This document shows, piece after piece, positions 39,201 through 47,747 of a stretch of 64,000 nucleotides of DNA; the first letter of the stretch is position 1; each line of letters begins with the position of its first letter. The DNA lies in the NCBI GenBank assembly GCA_049521795.1, contig JBEKOM010000002.1, forward strand, positions 160,001 through 224,000. The letters run 5' to 3'. The notes under the pieces are model-generated. The model was not told where the DNA came from and ran no database searches. It saw only the letters and a program-made list of their open reading frames with translations. The position numbers and the translations under genes are program-made. This stretch comes from Candidatus Bathyarchaeia archaeon. Lineage in GTDB: Archaea; Thermoproteota; Bathyarchaeia; Bathyarchaeales; Bathycorpusculaceae.

Positions 39201-39586
39201 ATGTTCCCGATGTAGACGAGCTCAGTGTCCTGTTCTCTGCCGTCTATGACAGGCGTCATTTCGAGGGCTACGGGCGCCGCGTAGGTCAGGTTTCGAAGTC
39301 TAGCCTCCAAGGGGTTTATTTCGTGTTTTGTACCATCGACTTCAGTCGCATACGGTCCGGTTATTCTGGTCTGTGGGTCTATTATCCAGATCTGACCCAG
39401 CTTGACCTTGTAGGGGCTTTCAGGCACTTCTATGGGGATTTCGCCGACTTCGTCTATGACTTCCTGCAATCCGCGGTCGATGAACTCGTTGAAGGAGTCT
39501 AAATGCTGTCGAACCAATCCCTTGTCTTTAAAAAAGGCGTTCAACAATAGATGCGTGTCTTCTTTTGATATTTCAGTCAATTTCAA
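36215..39586 (-). CDS. rpoB: RNA polymerase subunit Rpo2/B, unsplit
   Basis: GGYFVVNGSER, ETPEG, GDKFASRHGQKG, GGLRFGEMERD, C-terminal Zn finger. Confidence 0.97.
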   Translation of the reverse strand: MKLTEISKEDTHLLLNAFFKDKGLVRQHLDSFNEFIDRGLQEVIDEVGEIPIEVPESPYKVKLGQIWIIDPQTRITGPYATEVDGTKHEINPLEARLRNLTYAAPVALEMTPVIDGREQDTELVYIGNIPVMLKSKLCFLSQLSREELISCGEDPDDPGGYFVVNGSERVVVAMEDLAPNRIIVDVDEKGATPVYQSKIFSTTVGFRARIELKIKSDGALYVSMPGVPSEVPFVVLMRALGLESDKEIAEAISLDNEIQTALEASFEKAIGVDTAKDAILFIGNRVAHGQVEEYRVQKAETAVDKNFLPHIGRTEQKRKDKALFLGEMACRAIEMQLGRRKQDDKDHFKNKRLRLAGPLLADLFRVAFRNLTRDIKYQLERIGVKGPIITVSAAVRPGIIAERFQHALATGNWGRGRVGITQLLDRTNHISTLSHLRRLQSPLSRSQPNFEARDLHATHWGRLCPNETPEGSNCGLVKNLALSACISVGVNPEKMRQLLFASGVTPILEANDTLKLSGTKVFVDGNTIGYCNSPDRLAQDFRERRRRGEVSTEVNIAYFSKAQGEREEVYVNCDEGRVRRPLIIVENGVPKLQPEQIEKIATGVWSWEELVKNGIIEYLDAEEEENAYIALSPEELSRDHTHLEIATYTILGICASTIPYAEHNQSPRNSYQAAMAKQALGIYSTNFQQRVDSRSHILHYPQAPLAETALMDTMGYKLRPSGQNYVVAVLSFEGYNMEDALVFNKASIERGLGRSTFFRIYEAECRQYLGGLKDKFTLPEAGTRGYRGEQYYRLLEPDGIIGLESAVAGGDVLIGRISPPRFLEEYKEFEVKGPSMRDTSVDMRPSETGVVDAIFITASGEGSKLVKVRVRDQRIPELGDKFASRHGQKGVIGLIVPQEDMPFTEDGIVPDLIINPHAIPSRMTVGQFIESIAGKVASARGRPTDGTPFSNEGPDALRSAMIKLGFSSTGSEVFYSGVTGQKFVADIYVGVVHYQKLHHMVADKIHARARGQVQMLTRQPTEGRARGGGLRFGEMERDCLIGHGAAMLLRDRLLEESDKYTLYICETCGHIAYYDMKQRKYVCKLCEDKARISPVIVSYAFKLLLQELMSLCISPRLTLKERA

Positions 39587-39991
39587 TCATCCCCCGCAAC
39601 CTTAGGTTTAGACGTGTGCTAGCGAAACTTCTTGGTGCGGGTTTCTTCAAATTTTGAATTTCCTCCGTTCGTTGGGTCATTCCAACTCGAAAAATGGTCA
39701 CCAATGTTAAAGAGCTAGAAAACGTAAACTGCACAGCTTTCTAATAAACTTTTTCATGTTCAAAATTCTTTTCGCTCGCCCTCATTGTTCCAGGCGATCT
39801 CTGAGTACTCGAAGGCCATCGAGCAGCCGAATGGAAAAGAGGGACTAGGCGGAAACTCATGGAAACTGTCCTCGGCTCATCCTTGGAAAAGGATGTTGAC
39901 TACCGAGGTGCCAGTCCGAACAAGTGGACTGCACGTTGGCAGTGGCTCGGGAAATAATTAATAAGAAAGTTACTGTAGTTCTGGAAGAGGT

Positions 39992-40101
39992 GCAGGGGTA
40001 GCAGAGCATGGCCAATCCCGCGTAAAGTAGGGGCTTTATGCGCGGGACTCAAGATCCCGTCCCGAAGGGGTACGTGAGTTCAAATCTCACCCCCTGCACC
40101 A
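39992..40101 (+). tRNA. trnL: tRNA-Leu(CAA) with a 22-nt D-loop intron (40016-40037) and encoded CCA
   Basis: Acceptor stem GCAGGGG/CCCCTGC+ACCA; anticodon arm CGGGA-CT CAA GA-TCCCG; long variable arm; T arm GTGAG-TTCAAAT-CTCAC; removing 40016-40037 restores a normal D arm. Confidence 0.9.
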
Positions 40102-40655
40102 TGTCTTTTCTGACGGCAAAAGATTTCTTGAGCGATTGTATTTCTGTTGGGCGCGTTCGCAGATATGTTTATTAAGACTTGCGATACACTAAGCAGAATC
40201 TTGGGGTTAGTAGATTATGGCAAAGAAATCTAGAAAGAACTCAGATGGAAAAGATGAAAGCTCTGTTGTATTGGTTATCGAAGACTTTCTCTCTTATGAA
40301 AACCTGGTTCACAAGAGACTAACTTAAGAGTTTGGCCTTTCAACATCCTCTTGAAACTCACTTGAAGAAGAAAGCGTGAAAGGCGAAATCGAGGCATGGT
40401 CGTGTGGAACTGAAGAAAATTCAAACGTCCAGAATGTTGAAACAATCCTCCGTAGTTGTGATGGCCAAGCGTTGCTACCGTCGAGTAGACCTTTCCACTG
40501 ACGATTGATCATATTCGGGGAAAGGCCGCAAGACCATTCTTGAAAGTCCTTTTCTGGTGCCTGTGAATCAAAACGGAAAATTCTGCTTTCCAGCCAAATG
40601 CATATATCTTTCCATACGCCTAGAAACCTTCACACTTCGTGTCCAAGGCGGAACC

Positions 40656-41564
40656 ATGACTGTTGCCGACAACATACTCAAACTAAAAGCAGAGAAGAGC
40701 GCCTTGATTTTGGCTCACAATTATCAGAGACCTGAGATCCAGGACATCGCAGATTACGTCGGTGACAGCATAGAGCTGAGCAGAAGGGCCATGGAGGAGA
40801 AAGAGGCAAAGATCCTAGTTTTTTCTGCCGTCGACTTTATGGCAGAGTCTGCGGCAATATTGAACCCCAAAAAGAAGGTGTTGCTGCCTGTGCTTGGTGC
40901 ACGTTGTCCTATGGCGCAGATGCTTACGGTCGAAGAAATCAAACGTTCCAAATCGCAGCATCCAAAGGCGCCGGTGGTTCTTTACGTCAACACGCTCGCC
41001 GCCGCCAAAGCAGAGTGCGACATATGCTGCACTTCGGCCAACGCTGTGGAAGTAGTGTCCTCCTTAAACGCTGACACGGTGCTCTTTGGACCCGACCGCA
41101 ACCTCGCAGAGTACGTTCAGAGAAGGACTGGGAAGACAGTGATCCCAATCCCAGAATGGGGCTTCTGCCCAACGCACTTGCTATTTCAGCCCGAAGACGT
41201 TCAGATACTCAGAGCGCAACATCCGGAAGCTGCAGTTATGGTCCATCCAGAATGCACTTTTGAAATGCAGAAAGAAGGCGACTTCGTCGGAAGCACATCA
41301 CAAATGTGCAGATATGCAAGAGAAAGCAAGGCCAGAACGTTCATTGTAGGAACTGAAGAAGGAGTTCTGCATCGACTTAGGAAAGACAATCCAACGAAGA
41401 AGTTTTTCTTAGCCTATGACGGTGCTCTTTGTCCAAACATGAAGCTGAACACCCTTGAAAGAATTTATGCCTCGCTCAAAGAAGAGAAACATGTGGTAAC
41501 CGTTCCAGAATCGATTGCAAAGCACGCGAGAAAAGCCTTACAAAAGATGTTTGAGCTGAATTAG
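40656..41564 (+). CDS. nadA: Quinolinate synthase
   Basis: ILAHNYQ, GDS.EL, FMAE, CPMA, YVNT, CTS.NA, PDRNL, HPEC, GST, CPNMK. Confidence 0.95.
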   Translation: MTVADNILKLKAEKSALILAHNYQRPEIQDIADYVGDSIELSRRAMEEKEAKILVFSAVDFMAESAAILNPKKKVLLPVLGARCPMAQMLTVEEIKRSKSQHPKAPVVLYVNTLAAAKAECDICCTSANAVEVVSSLNADTVLFGPDRNLAEYVQRRTGKTVIPIPEWGFCPTHLLFQPEDVQILRAQHPEAAVMVHPECTFEMQKEGDFVGSTSQMCRYARESKARTFIVGTEEGVLHRLRKDNPTKKFFLAYDGALCPNMKLNTLERIYASLKEEKHVVTVPESIAKHARKALQKMFELN

Positions 41565-41633
41565 ACCCACATCTCACGGCACGTTACCGATTGCTGATCA
41601 CGTGAGCGCTCAAGAAAGCAAAGGTGAGAAAAT

Positions 41634-42083
41634 CTGAAAATAACAGGTGAAGAGAAGGAACTTGAAGCCGCCATAGTCGATGCTGTGAAGCTGCATGGGC
41701 ACTTGGGCCCCTTTCTGGTTGTCGGGGTCAGAATGGGAGGCGTTGCAAAGAGAGTCTTTAACCAAGATGCTGAGAACAGTGTCAGGTTTCAAGTAACGGC
41801 GAAGGTTCCGTTAGTCATTCCCTTTTCATGCACTATCGACGGAATACAGGCTGCAACCCGCTGCACGCTCGGCAACCAGAGACTCAGGATAGAAAACACT
41901 CAGAAGCAGATATTTGCGAGTTTCACGGCTGAAAACTCTGATCATCAAGTGCGAATATCTGTCAACCCGAGAGTGATCACAGAGCTGATGAGAAAAATGT
42001 CAGCGGGCATTGGTAATGACGAACTTGCCGGAGAAATCGCTGCTATGCCAGAGAGACAGCTCTTCACGATCGAGAAAGAATGA
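41634..42083 (+). CDS. FmdE-family (formylmethanofuran dehydrogenase subunit E-like) protein
   Basis: LHGHLGP.LV.G.RMG, SC.IDGIQ..T.CTLGN; the frame extends to a CTG at 41634 after AGGTGA. Confidence 0.82.
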   Translation: MKITGEEKELEAAIVDAVKLHGHLGPFLVVGVRMGGVAKRVFNQDAENSVRFQVTAKVPLVIPFSCTIDGIQAATRCTLGNQRLRIENTQKQIFASFTAENSDHQVRISVNPRVITELMRKMSAGIGNDELAGEIAAMPERQLFTIEKE

Positions 42084-42093
42084 GCAATTCCGG

Positions 42094-42564
42094 CTGTTCG
42101 AGGTTGGTGAGGTTACGACGAGCTTCAAGGATTTAGAAACAGCCAAGAGAGGACTCAGTGAAAGGCACTTAACGCTCTGTGTCGTGAAGGAAGGACACGT
42201 CATTTTTGAAGCAAGGACCCACGGAGTCTTGGGTTTGGTGGAAGCCGTGGAGGAGTTTAAAGACAGGCTTGATGGTGCTTCAGTTGCAGATCGAGTTGTC
42301 GGAAAGGCAATCGCACTGCTGTGTGTCTATGTCAACGTCAGAGCTGTCTACGCGGCAACTATCAGCAAGGCTGCGAAGGCACTGCTTGAAGGAAACTCGG
42401 TTTACCTTGAATGTGACAGCCTTGTCGAAAACATTCTTGGTGCAGACAAGTCGAAGACTTGTCCGTTCGAGCAGCTGGTAGACAGGATTGCAGATCCAGG
42501 TGATGCGTACAGGAAGCTGAAGAACGCGTGCGGTTCAGCAACGCGCTTCAATCCACACGGATGA
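42094..42564 (+). CDS. DUF1893 (TM1506-like) protein; start uncertain
   Basis: ADRVVGKAIALL, VYA..IS..A..LL, CPFEQLV. Confidence 0.78.
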   Translation: MFEVGEVTTSFKDLETAKRGLSERHLTLCVVKEGHVIFEARTHGVLGLVEAVEEFKDRLDGASVADRVVGKAIALLCVYVNVRAVYAATISKAAKALLEGNSVYLECDSLVENILGADKSKTCPFEQLVDRIADPGDAYRKLKNACGSATRFNPHG

Positions 42565-42570
42565 AAATGC

Positions 42571-42993
42571 ATGAGCGGTGAACACGAACGACTTATATCA
42601 AAGGAAGAAGAAGAACTGAAGCGTATAAGGGAAAAGAAACTGGCTGAGTTCAAGGCGAGAAAGAAAATGGGCAACGAACCTGTTCATGTGACTGACGCGG
42701 ATTTCGAAGAGACGGTTAAGAAGCACTCGCTGGCGTTGATTGACTTCTGGGCTCCTTGGTGTGGTCCATGCTTGGCCCTGACACCGGTGATTGAGGAGTT
42801 GAACAAGGACTACGCTGGAAGGGTGTTCGTCGGGAAGCTTAACGTCGATGAGAACCCGCAGACTGCTGAATGTTTCCAAGTCTTCAGCATACCGACCTTG
42901 CTGATAATGAAAAGCGGACGAGAAGTCGATAGAATCGTAGGATGTGTTCCGAAGAAGCACATCGAAGCTGCATTAGGAAAACACCTCGGATAG
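42571..42993 (+). CDS. trxA: Thioredoxin
   Basis: IDFWAPWCGPC, KLNVDEN, SIPTL. Confidence 0.94.
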   Translation: MSGEHERLISKEEEELKRIREKKLAEFKARKKMGNEPVHVTDADFEETVKKHSLALIDFWAPWCGPCLALTPVIEELNKDYAGRVFVGKLNVDENPQTAECFQVFSIPTLLIMKSGREVDRIVGCVPKKHIEAALGKHLG

Positions 42994-43207
42994 GTAAAAC
43001 ATGGACATACTTGAACGGAGATTACTAGGAGCGCTCTTGCTCCTTCTAGGCGTTTCTTTCTTGGCCATCGCCGTCCACACGGGACAAATCGAAGTTGTAA
43101 GGAGACTCTTGACAAGAGGATTCCCTTAGGCTGCTTGAACGTAAACATTCTTAAGGCAATCAGAAGCATACCTTAATATCGTCACCTTCGCTGTGCGAGT
43201 GGTCAGA

Positions 43208-43774
43208 ATGAGCCCACCGACGATAAAGAGCAGGGACGTCGAAAAAGAGGCGGTTCAGGAAGCAGCTAGGTTCATGCTCATCGCTGCACGGACAGCTCCC
43301 AAGACTGCTGGGGTTGACGACGTTCTAACGTCGATCGTTTACGGGCATGAAAAGGATCTCATCGCAGACAAGATGGAAGAGATCGGCGTAGAACGAGGAT
43401 TGAAAGGCTTCAAGCGGGACGCTGGGAACGTGAGGGATTCTGAGGCCGTGGTCCTTATCGGTGTCAGAGGAAGCAAGAGTGCCGGCTTGAACTGCGGAGG
43501 TTGCGGCTTTGAGAACTGCAAAGAATTCGATAAACGGGAGCGAAGACTTGGCAGAGACTTCCTTGGCCCTATGTGCATCTTTAAGGCCTTAGATCTCGGG
43601 ATAGCCACGGGCTCTGCCGTTAAAACTGCTAGCACCTTGAACGTGGACAACCGCATCATGTACCGCGTGGGTACGGCGGCTGCGAAACTGAGGATGCTGC
43701 CGGAAGCATCTGTTATCATGGGCGTCCCAGTTTCAGCTCATGGCAAGAGTATCTATTTTGACCGATCCACGTAG
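43208..43774 (+). CDS. DUF2148 ferredoxin-like domain protein
   Basis: AARTAPK..G.D, RDAGNV, NCGGCGF..C, DLGIA.GSA, VDNRIMY, KSIYFDR. Confidence 0.85.
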   Translation: MSPPTIKSRDVEKEAVQEAARFMLIAARTAPKTAGVDDVLTSIVYGHEKDLIADKMEEIGVERGLKGFKRDAGNVRDSEAVVLIGVRGSKSAGLNCGGCGFENCKEFDKRERRLGRDFLGPMCIFKALDLGIATGSAVKTASTLNVDNRIMYRVGTAAAKLRMLPEASVIMGVPVSAHGKSIYFDRST

Positions 43775-43785
43775 TTTTTCTGGCT

Positions 43786-44388
43786 TTAGCCCTTCATCTT
43801 CTCGAGCATCTTCTCGAAAGTCCAGCGGATGCTTGACTTTAGCTCCTTTAGACGGTCTGAGTCGAAGTTTCTGATCACTATCTCGCGTATCACGTCGCCC
43901 TCTCGCGCGATGTCGAAGCACAGAATCTTGTCAGCGGCCAGTTGACCAGATCTTGCAAGCTCGCTGTCCCGCTCCTGCATTTTCAGCAGAACTCTTTGGA
44001 CGAAGAACTGGTTGAAAGGCGGTGTATTGACGCTGAAGTCCTTGTCTTCGGCAGGCACAACGTGCAGAGAATTATCATCGACATAGAAGTCTGCGAGCAC
44101 CTCTCCGTTGACGGACTTCAGCGTGTTGACGTTTTCAGGCTCCACTTCGGCCTCAAAGGCGCCGTGCTCAGCCCCCACGGTTTCCTCCTTCTCTTCCGTT
44201 AAGGTTCTGGCGGCATCGGGCTTCGGCTCTATTTCCACGCGTCTGAATCCTTTTTCCAACAGTATCGAATTTACGGTGTCAAGCATGGTTTTGAACTCTT
44301 TGAGCTCCGCTTCCAGTTCTTGAAGTCTCGTTTCAATTCTTTTCTTGAAATCGATAAGCCTCTTTACGTTTTCAGAATCTTGGGACAT
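43786..44388 (-). CDS. Hypothetical protein with an N-terminal coiled coil
   Basis: 200 aa ORF; heptad-rich N-terminus followed by a globular domain. Confidence 0.7.
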   Translation of the reverse strand: MSQDSENVKRLIDFKKRIETRLQELEAELKEFKTMLDTVNSILLEKGFRRVEIEPKPDAARTLTEEKEETVGAEHGAFEAEVEPENVNTLKSVNGEVLADFYVDDNSLHVVPAEDKDFSVNTPPFNQFFVQRVLLKMQERDSELARSGQLAADKILCFDIAREGDVIREIVIRNFDSDRLKELKSSIRWTFEKMLEKMKG

Positions 44389-44446
44389 CTGCCTTCACAA
44401 GGATCATTGTGCAGGTTATCCCTTATCAAGGCTTTGAAGCTTGAAT

Positions 44447-44944
44447 TCAGGCCACTGCTGCCTCTTCGCAACTGCTCACTCTTACTCTTCGGCAAGAAAG
44501 GGGTGGAAAAGGCTCAACTCTGACCTTCAGTTCACTTTGAAGGAACTTCTCGAATTCTTGAAACACCTGACTGTCAGTGTTGTTCAATCTCACGCAGAGG
44601 TCCTTGCCCTTTGTCACTTGGCTCAAGTCATAGAGGGCTACGTTCTTTGATACAGCTGGGTTTTCGCAGATTGTTCTCACCAATTCTTCAGAGGGAGTCT
44701 GTGAGAACAGCCAGGCGGTGTAGGAGGCTTCAACAACGCGGTAGGACGTTCCTTCTCTGACCACGCATTTCTTATCAAGTGCTATTCTCCTGAAGGAAGA
44801 GGGATGCACGTCTCTAGCCCATAGAAAATTGTGATAGTTATCCTCCAATTCAACCCAGTCTTCGCCCTCAGAAGTTTTCCAGCCGAGACTTATGCAAAAA
44901 AGTTTGAACTTGCGGAGTATTTCCCAAACTCTAGAGATCACCAT
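44447..44944 (-). CDS. Hypothetical protein
   Basis: 165 aa ORF with ATG, co-oriented with 43786..44388. Confidence 0.65.
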   Translation of the reverse strand: MVISRVWEILRKFKLFCISLGWKTSEGEDWVELEDNYHNFLWARDVHPSSFRRIALDKKCVVREGTSYRVVEASYTAWLFSQTPSEELVRTICENPAVSKNVALYDLSQVTKGKDLCVRLNNTDSQVFQEFEKFLQSELKVRVEPFPPLSCRRVRVSSCEEAAVA

Positions 44945-45214
44945 ACTTTGCTGACCCGCCTCTGGAAGAACAATCTAGAACAATCTTTATTCCACCTACC
45001 ACAAATTTAAGCTTTTTGCCCCAGCTGTTCGCACAGGTGAGCCTGTATTGCACGTATTTCCGAATATTTGTAGCTTGATAGCCTTCGCCGCCCACAGGTG
45101 TACGGCAAACGTTCCGTGAAATTGACTAAGAAGAGTCTGAAAAACTACAATTATCAGACGGCAAACGATAAATTCAAACGTGATCACTTGAATATTGAAA
45201 GGAGCAGCCTGACA

Positions 45215-45715
45215 TTGAGGCGCAAGAGCCCTGCTTTATTCTTGGATGCTAAGGACTTGGAAATCTTGAAGGCTTTGCAGGAGGATTCTAGGCAGACTTA
45301 CACTGCCATAGGTAAACGCGTGGGAATAGCCCACTCCACAGTTTATGACAGAGTGAGAAGAATGGAGGTGCAGAAAGTGATAAAGAATTACACGGCGCTG
45401 GTTGACCTTGAGAAGGCTGGGGTGAAGAAGATCATGGCGATCATGACTGTTTACACCGACCCTAAAGAGACAGAGAGAGTTGCGGAGAAACTGGCAGAGT
45501 CGCCTGAGGTCCTTGAGGTTTACACGTCGCTTTCAGATGAGCTGCTGATTATGGCAAAGGTTTTGGCTGCAAGTCAAGAGGGTCTTCACGCTTTCGTAGC
45601 CAATTCAGTTGCGCCCTTGAGGGGCGTCTTGAGAATTCGCACAGCAATCGTCACTAGGAAACTGAAGGAAACTCATTTCCTTGTCAACGATTGTTTGGAA
45701 GGGTCACGCTTATAA
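45215..45715 (+). CDS. Lrp/AsnC family transcriptional regulator
   Basis: LDAKDLEILKALQEDSR...IGKRVG...TV..RVRRME HTH plus RAM domain; AGGAG before TTG 45215. Confidence 0.92.
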   Translation: MRRKSPALFLDAKDLEILKALQEDSRQTYTAIGKRVGIAHSTVYDRVRRMEVQKVIKNYTALVDLEKAGVKKIMAIMTVYTDPKETERVAEKLAESPEVLEVYTSLSDELLIMAKVLAASQEGLHAFVANSVAPLRGVLRIRTAIVTRKLKETHFLVNDCLEGSRL

Positions 45716-45748
45716 ACAGAAACACATGATATAGGTGAAAGAAGGAGA

Positions 45749-46093
45749 ATGAGTTCAGAAACGAGTTCAAAGATTCTCAGAGTTGTGCCGAGGGAGAAGG
45801 CGTTCTATTTCTTCACTTCTATTGGAAACTACACTGGCACAAGTGCCGCGTCCTTGAAGGAATTCATGGAAAAGGTCAATGAGGTGAACGCCAAATCATT
45901 GGAGTTTCATCTTTACCGAGCGGACTTTGAAAAGTGGATAGCTGAGGTTTTGGAGGATGCTTGGTTGGCTGGAGAGGTTAGAAGGCTGCAGAAGTCCGGT
46001 CTGACCGGCGAACCCCTGAGGAACCAGCTGTACCTGACTGTTTCGAGACGGTTCAAGAGATTAACTTCTCCGGGAAGCCCTGTTCAATTCTAG
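45749..46093 (+). CDS. DUF5752-like protein
   Basis: AFYFFTSIG.YTG..A.SL.EF......SLEFHL.R.DFEKWI. Confidence 0.7.
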   Translation: MSSETSSKILRVVPREKAFYFFTSIGNYTGTSAASLKEFMEKVNEVNAKSLEFHLYRADFEKWIAEVLEDAWLAGEVRRLQKSGLTGEPLRNQLYLTVSRRFKRLTSPGSPVQF

Positions 46094-47004
46094 AATCGGT
46101 TGCCCCGAGGGTCTTCAACTTTCTCGGAAACCGGCACGATCATAAGTGCGGTGTTTGTGCTATCGTTCTTCCTGTAGTCGGGTATAAGATAGTTTCCGGC
46201 GCTGACTGGGTCGTACACCAGGCGGGCCCAGCCGAATTCTGATGGAAAAGGCCACAGTTTGCCCACTGCCGCGCTCACAGTGTTATTCTCGTCTATCAGA
46301 TGTTGAAGGAGGAGACTTGCTGCATAGTCGTTGTCGGAAGTGCTAACCCAATTGTCCCAGCTTATTATCACCCTTGCCCCCTTTGCCTCAAAGGCTTGGG
46401 CTGTCTTAAGGTACCCTTGCTGCAGCCCGTTGCAACTCATCAACACGATCACGGTGTCTTGGAATGTTCCGCTCATGACCTTCTCGATGAATGTTGGGGT
46501 TATCCCAAAATAGAGAGTTGGGTCTCCGGTTATGTTGACAAGTGTGAGGCTGCCGTCTGGGTACTGGTCGTAGCTTATCGAACCATACTTGTCGGTCGTG
46601 GACATGGCGATGTACTTTGAATTTAAGTCTAGAGCTGAATGGGCTCTCCACAGTATCAGTTTGTAGCCCGCCGATGCTAATTTGCTGTACTCCTCCACCG
46701 TTGCGTTGTCCGAGTAGTAGTCGACGATGGAAAACCGTTTGTAAAGTAACTCGCTTGCCGATTCTATGAAAGTCTGATTCTCGTCGCGAATCAAATCGTC
46801 TAGCTTGGAGCTGCCCAACTGATCTATAATTGCCGCTTTGGCTTCGGCTGGTTGAGAAAGAGAGGCTGAGTAGAAGTAGATGGCTGGTATCAAAATGACC
46901 ATTAAGGCAACCGCTGCATAAATTGGTTTTCTGCTATGCTTAGAGACTCTTGTTTGCTGCTCGGTCCTTTTCACAAGCTGGGGCACCCAAAGTAGCCATA
47001 CCAA
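46090..47004 (-). CDS. Membrane-anchored extracellular alpha/beta protein
   Basis: N-terminal TM; ILWRAHS and IVLMSCNG suggest a His/Cys caspase-hemoglobinase-like fold. Confidence 0.65.
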   Translation of the reverse strand: MVWLLWVPQLVKRTEQQTRVSKHSRKPIYAAVALMVILIPAIYFYSASLSQPAEAKAAIIDQLGSSKLDDLIRDENQTFIESASELLYKRFSIVDYYSDNATVEEYSKLASAGYKLILWRAHSALDLNSKYIAMSTTDKYGSISYDQYPDGSLTLVNITGDPTLYFGITPTFIEKVMSGTFQDTVIVLMSCNGLQQGYLKTAQAFEAKGARVIISWDNWVSTSDNDYAASLLLQHLIDENNTVSAAVGKLWPFPSEFGWARLVYDPVSAGNYLIPDYRKNDSTNTALMIVPVSEKVEDPRGNRF

Positions 47005-47029
47005 CAGTTAAAATACAGAAGGGGGATGG

Positions 47030-47568
47030 TTATTTCCTTTTTCTTTTGACCACGATCAGAGCCGCAGCGAAGGCACAGAGCAGAGTTGAGTAAGCTAAGG
47101 CCTGAACGAGTGACGTATGGTTCGCAAGTGAGACTGAGTAGTCTCCTACTGGAACTGGCACGACTGTGACTTTGGCGCTGCTCGAGTAGGCAGTGTTGTT
47201 GTTAGCGTCGGTGACCTTTAGGTACACGAAGTACATGCTGGTTGACGTTGCGGGGAAGGTCCAGCTGGCTGATGTTGCGCCCGACAATGGTGCTCCGTCT
47301 ACGTACCACTCGTACGAGTAGGCGCGGGTGAGTAGGGTTCGATGCCCCCGGTACGCTTGATGCGAATAACACTGATCCTCACGCGGCCACTGTGGAATCT
47401 AGGGGACTTATGGTAACTGATGGCGGTGGCGGGGCAATGCTGAAGACAGCGATCAAGGTGTGGTTCGTTTCATCAGGACTGGGATTGGGTTGACCGTTGA
47501 GCTCACGTTGGTGCTGTAGAGTTCCCAGTGGTCAAGTACGTAGCCCGAGTTGGGCAATGCTGTGACCT
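47030..47568 (-). pseudogene. Degraded C-terminal part of a surface protein (Ig-like repeats + PVGx-TM-basic tail)
   Basis: QVTALPNSGYVLDHWEL...NHTLIAVF, SVTISP, YSYEWYVDG..SGATSASWTF...VPVGDYS-TM-KRKRK, broken by frameshifts and a stop; no start codon. Confidence 0.7.
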
Positions 47569-47747
47569 GGCGCGCCCAAATGATATCGTGGCAAGGAAGG
47601 TGGCTCAAAAAGGATGCGTCAACGGGACGTTTTGTGTCTAGGAGCAGTTCTTTTTGCGGGTCTCCAGTCTGGAAGCTCAGATTTCATGAGGTTTTTAAGT
47701 AAAAGCTTCGGACGAAGAAAGAAGAGGCAGTAGTCTGCGCAACCACG

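Noticed and set aside
40101-40560. Integrated element at the tRNA-Leu 3' end
   Set aside because: The stretch is AT-rich with only short ORFs, but I found no integrase and no duplicated tRNA 3' end in the window.
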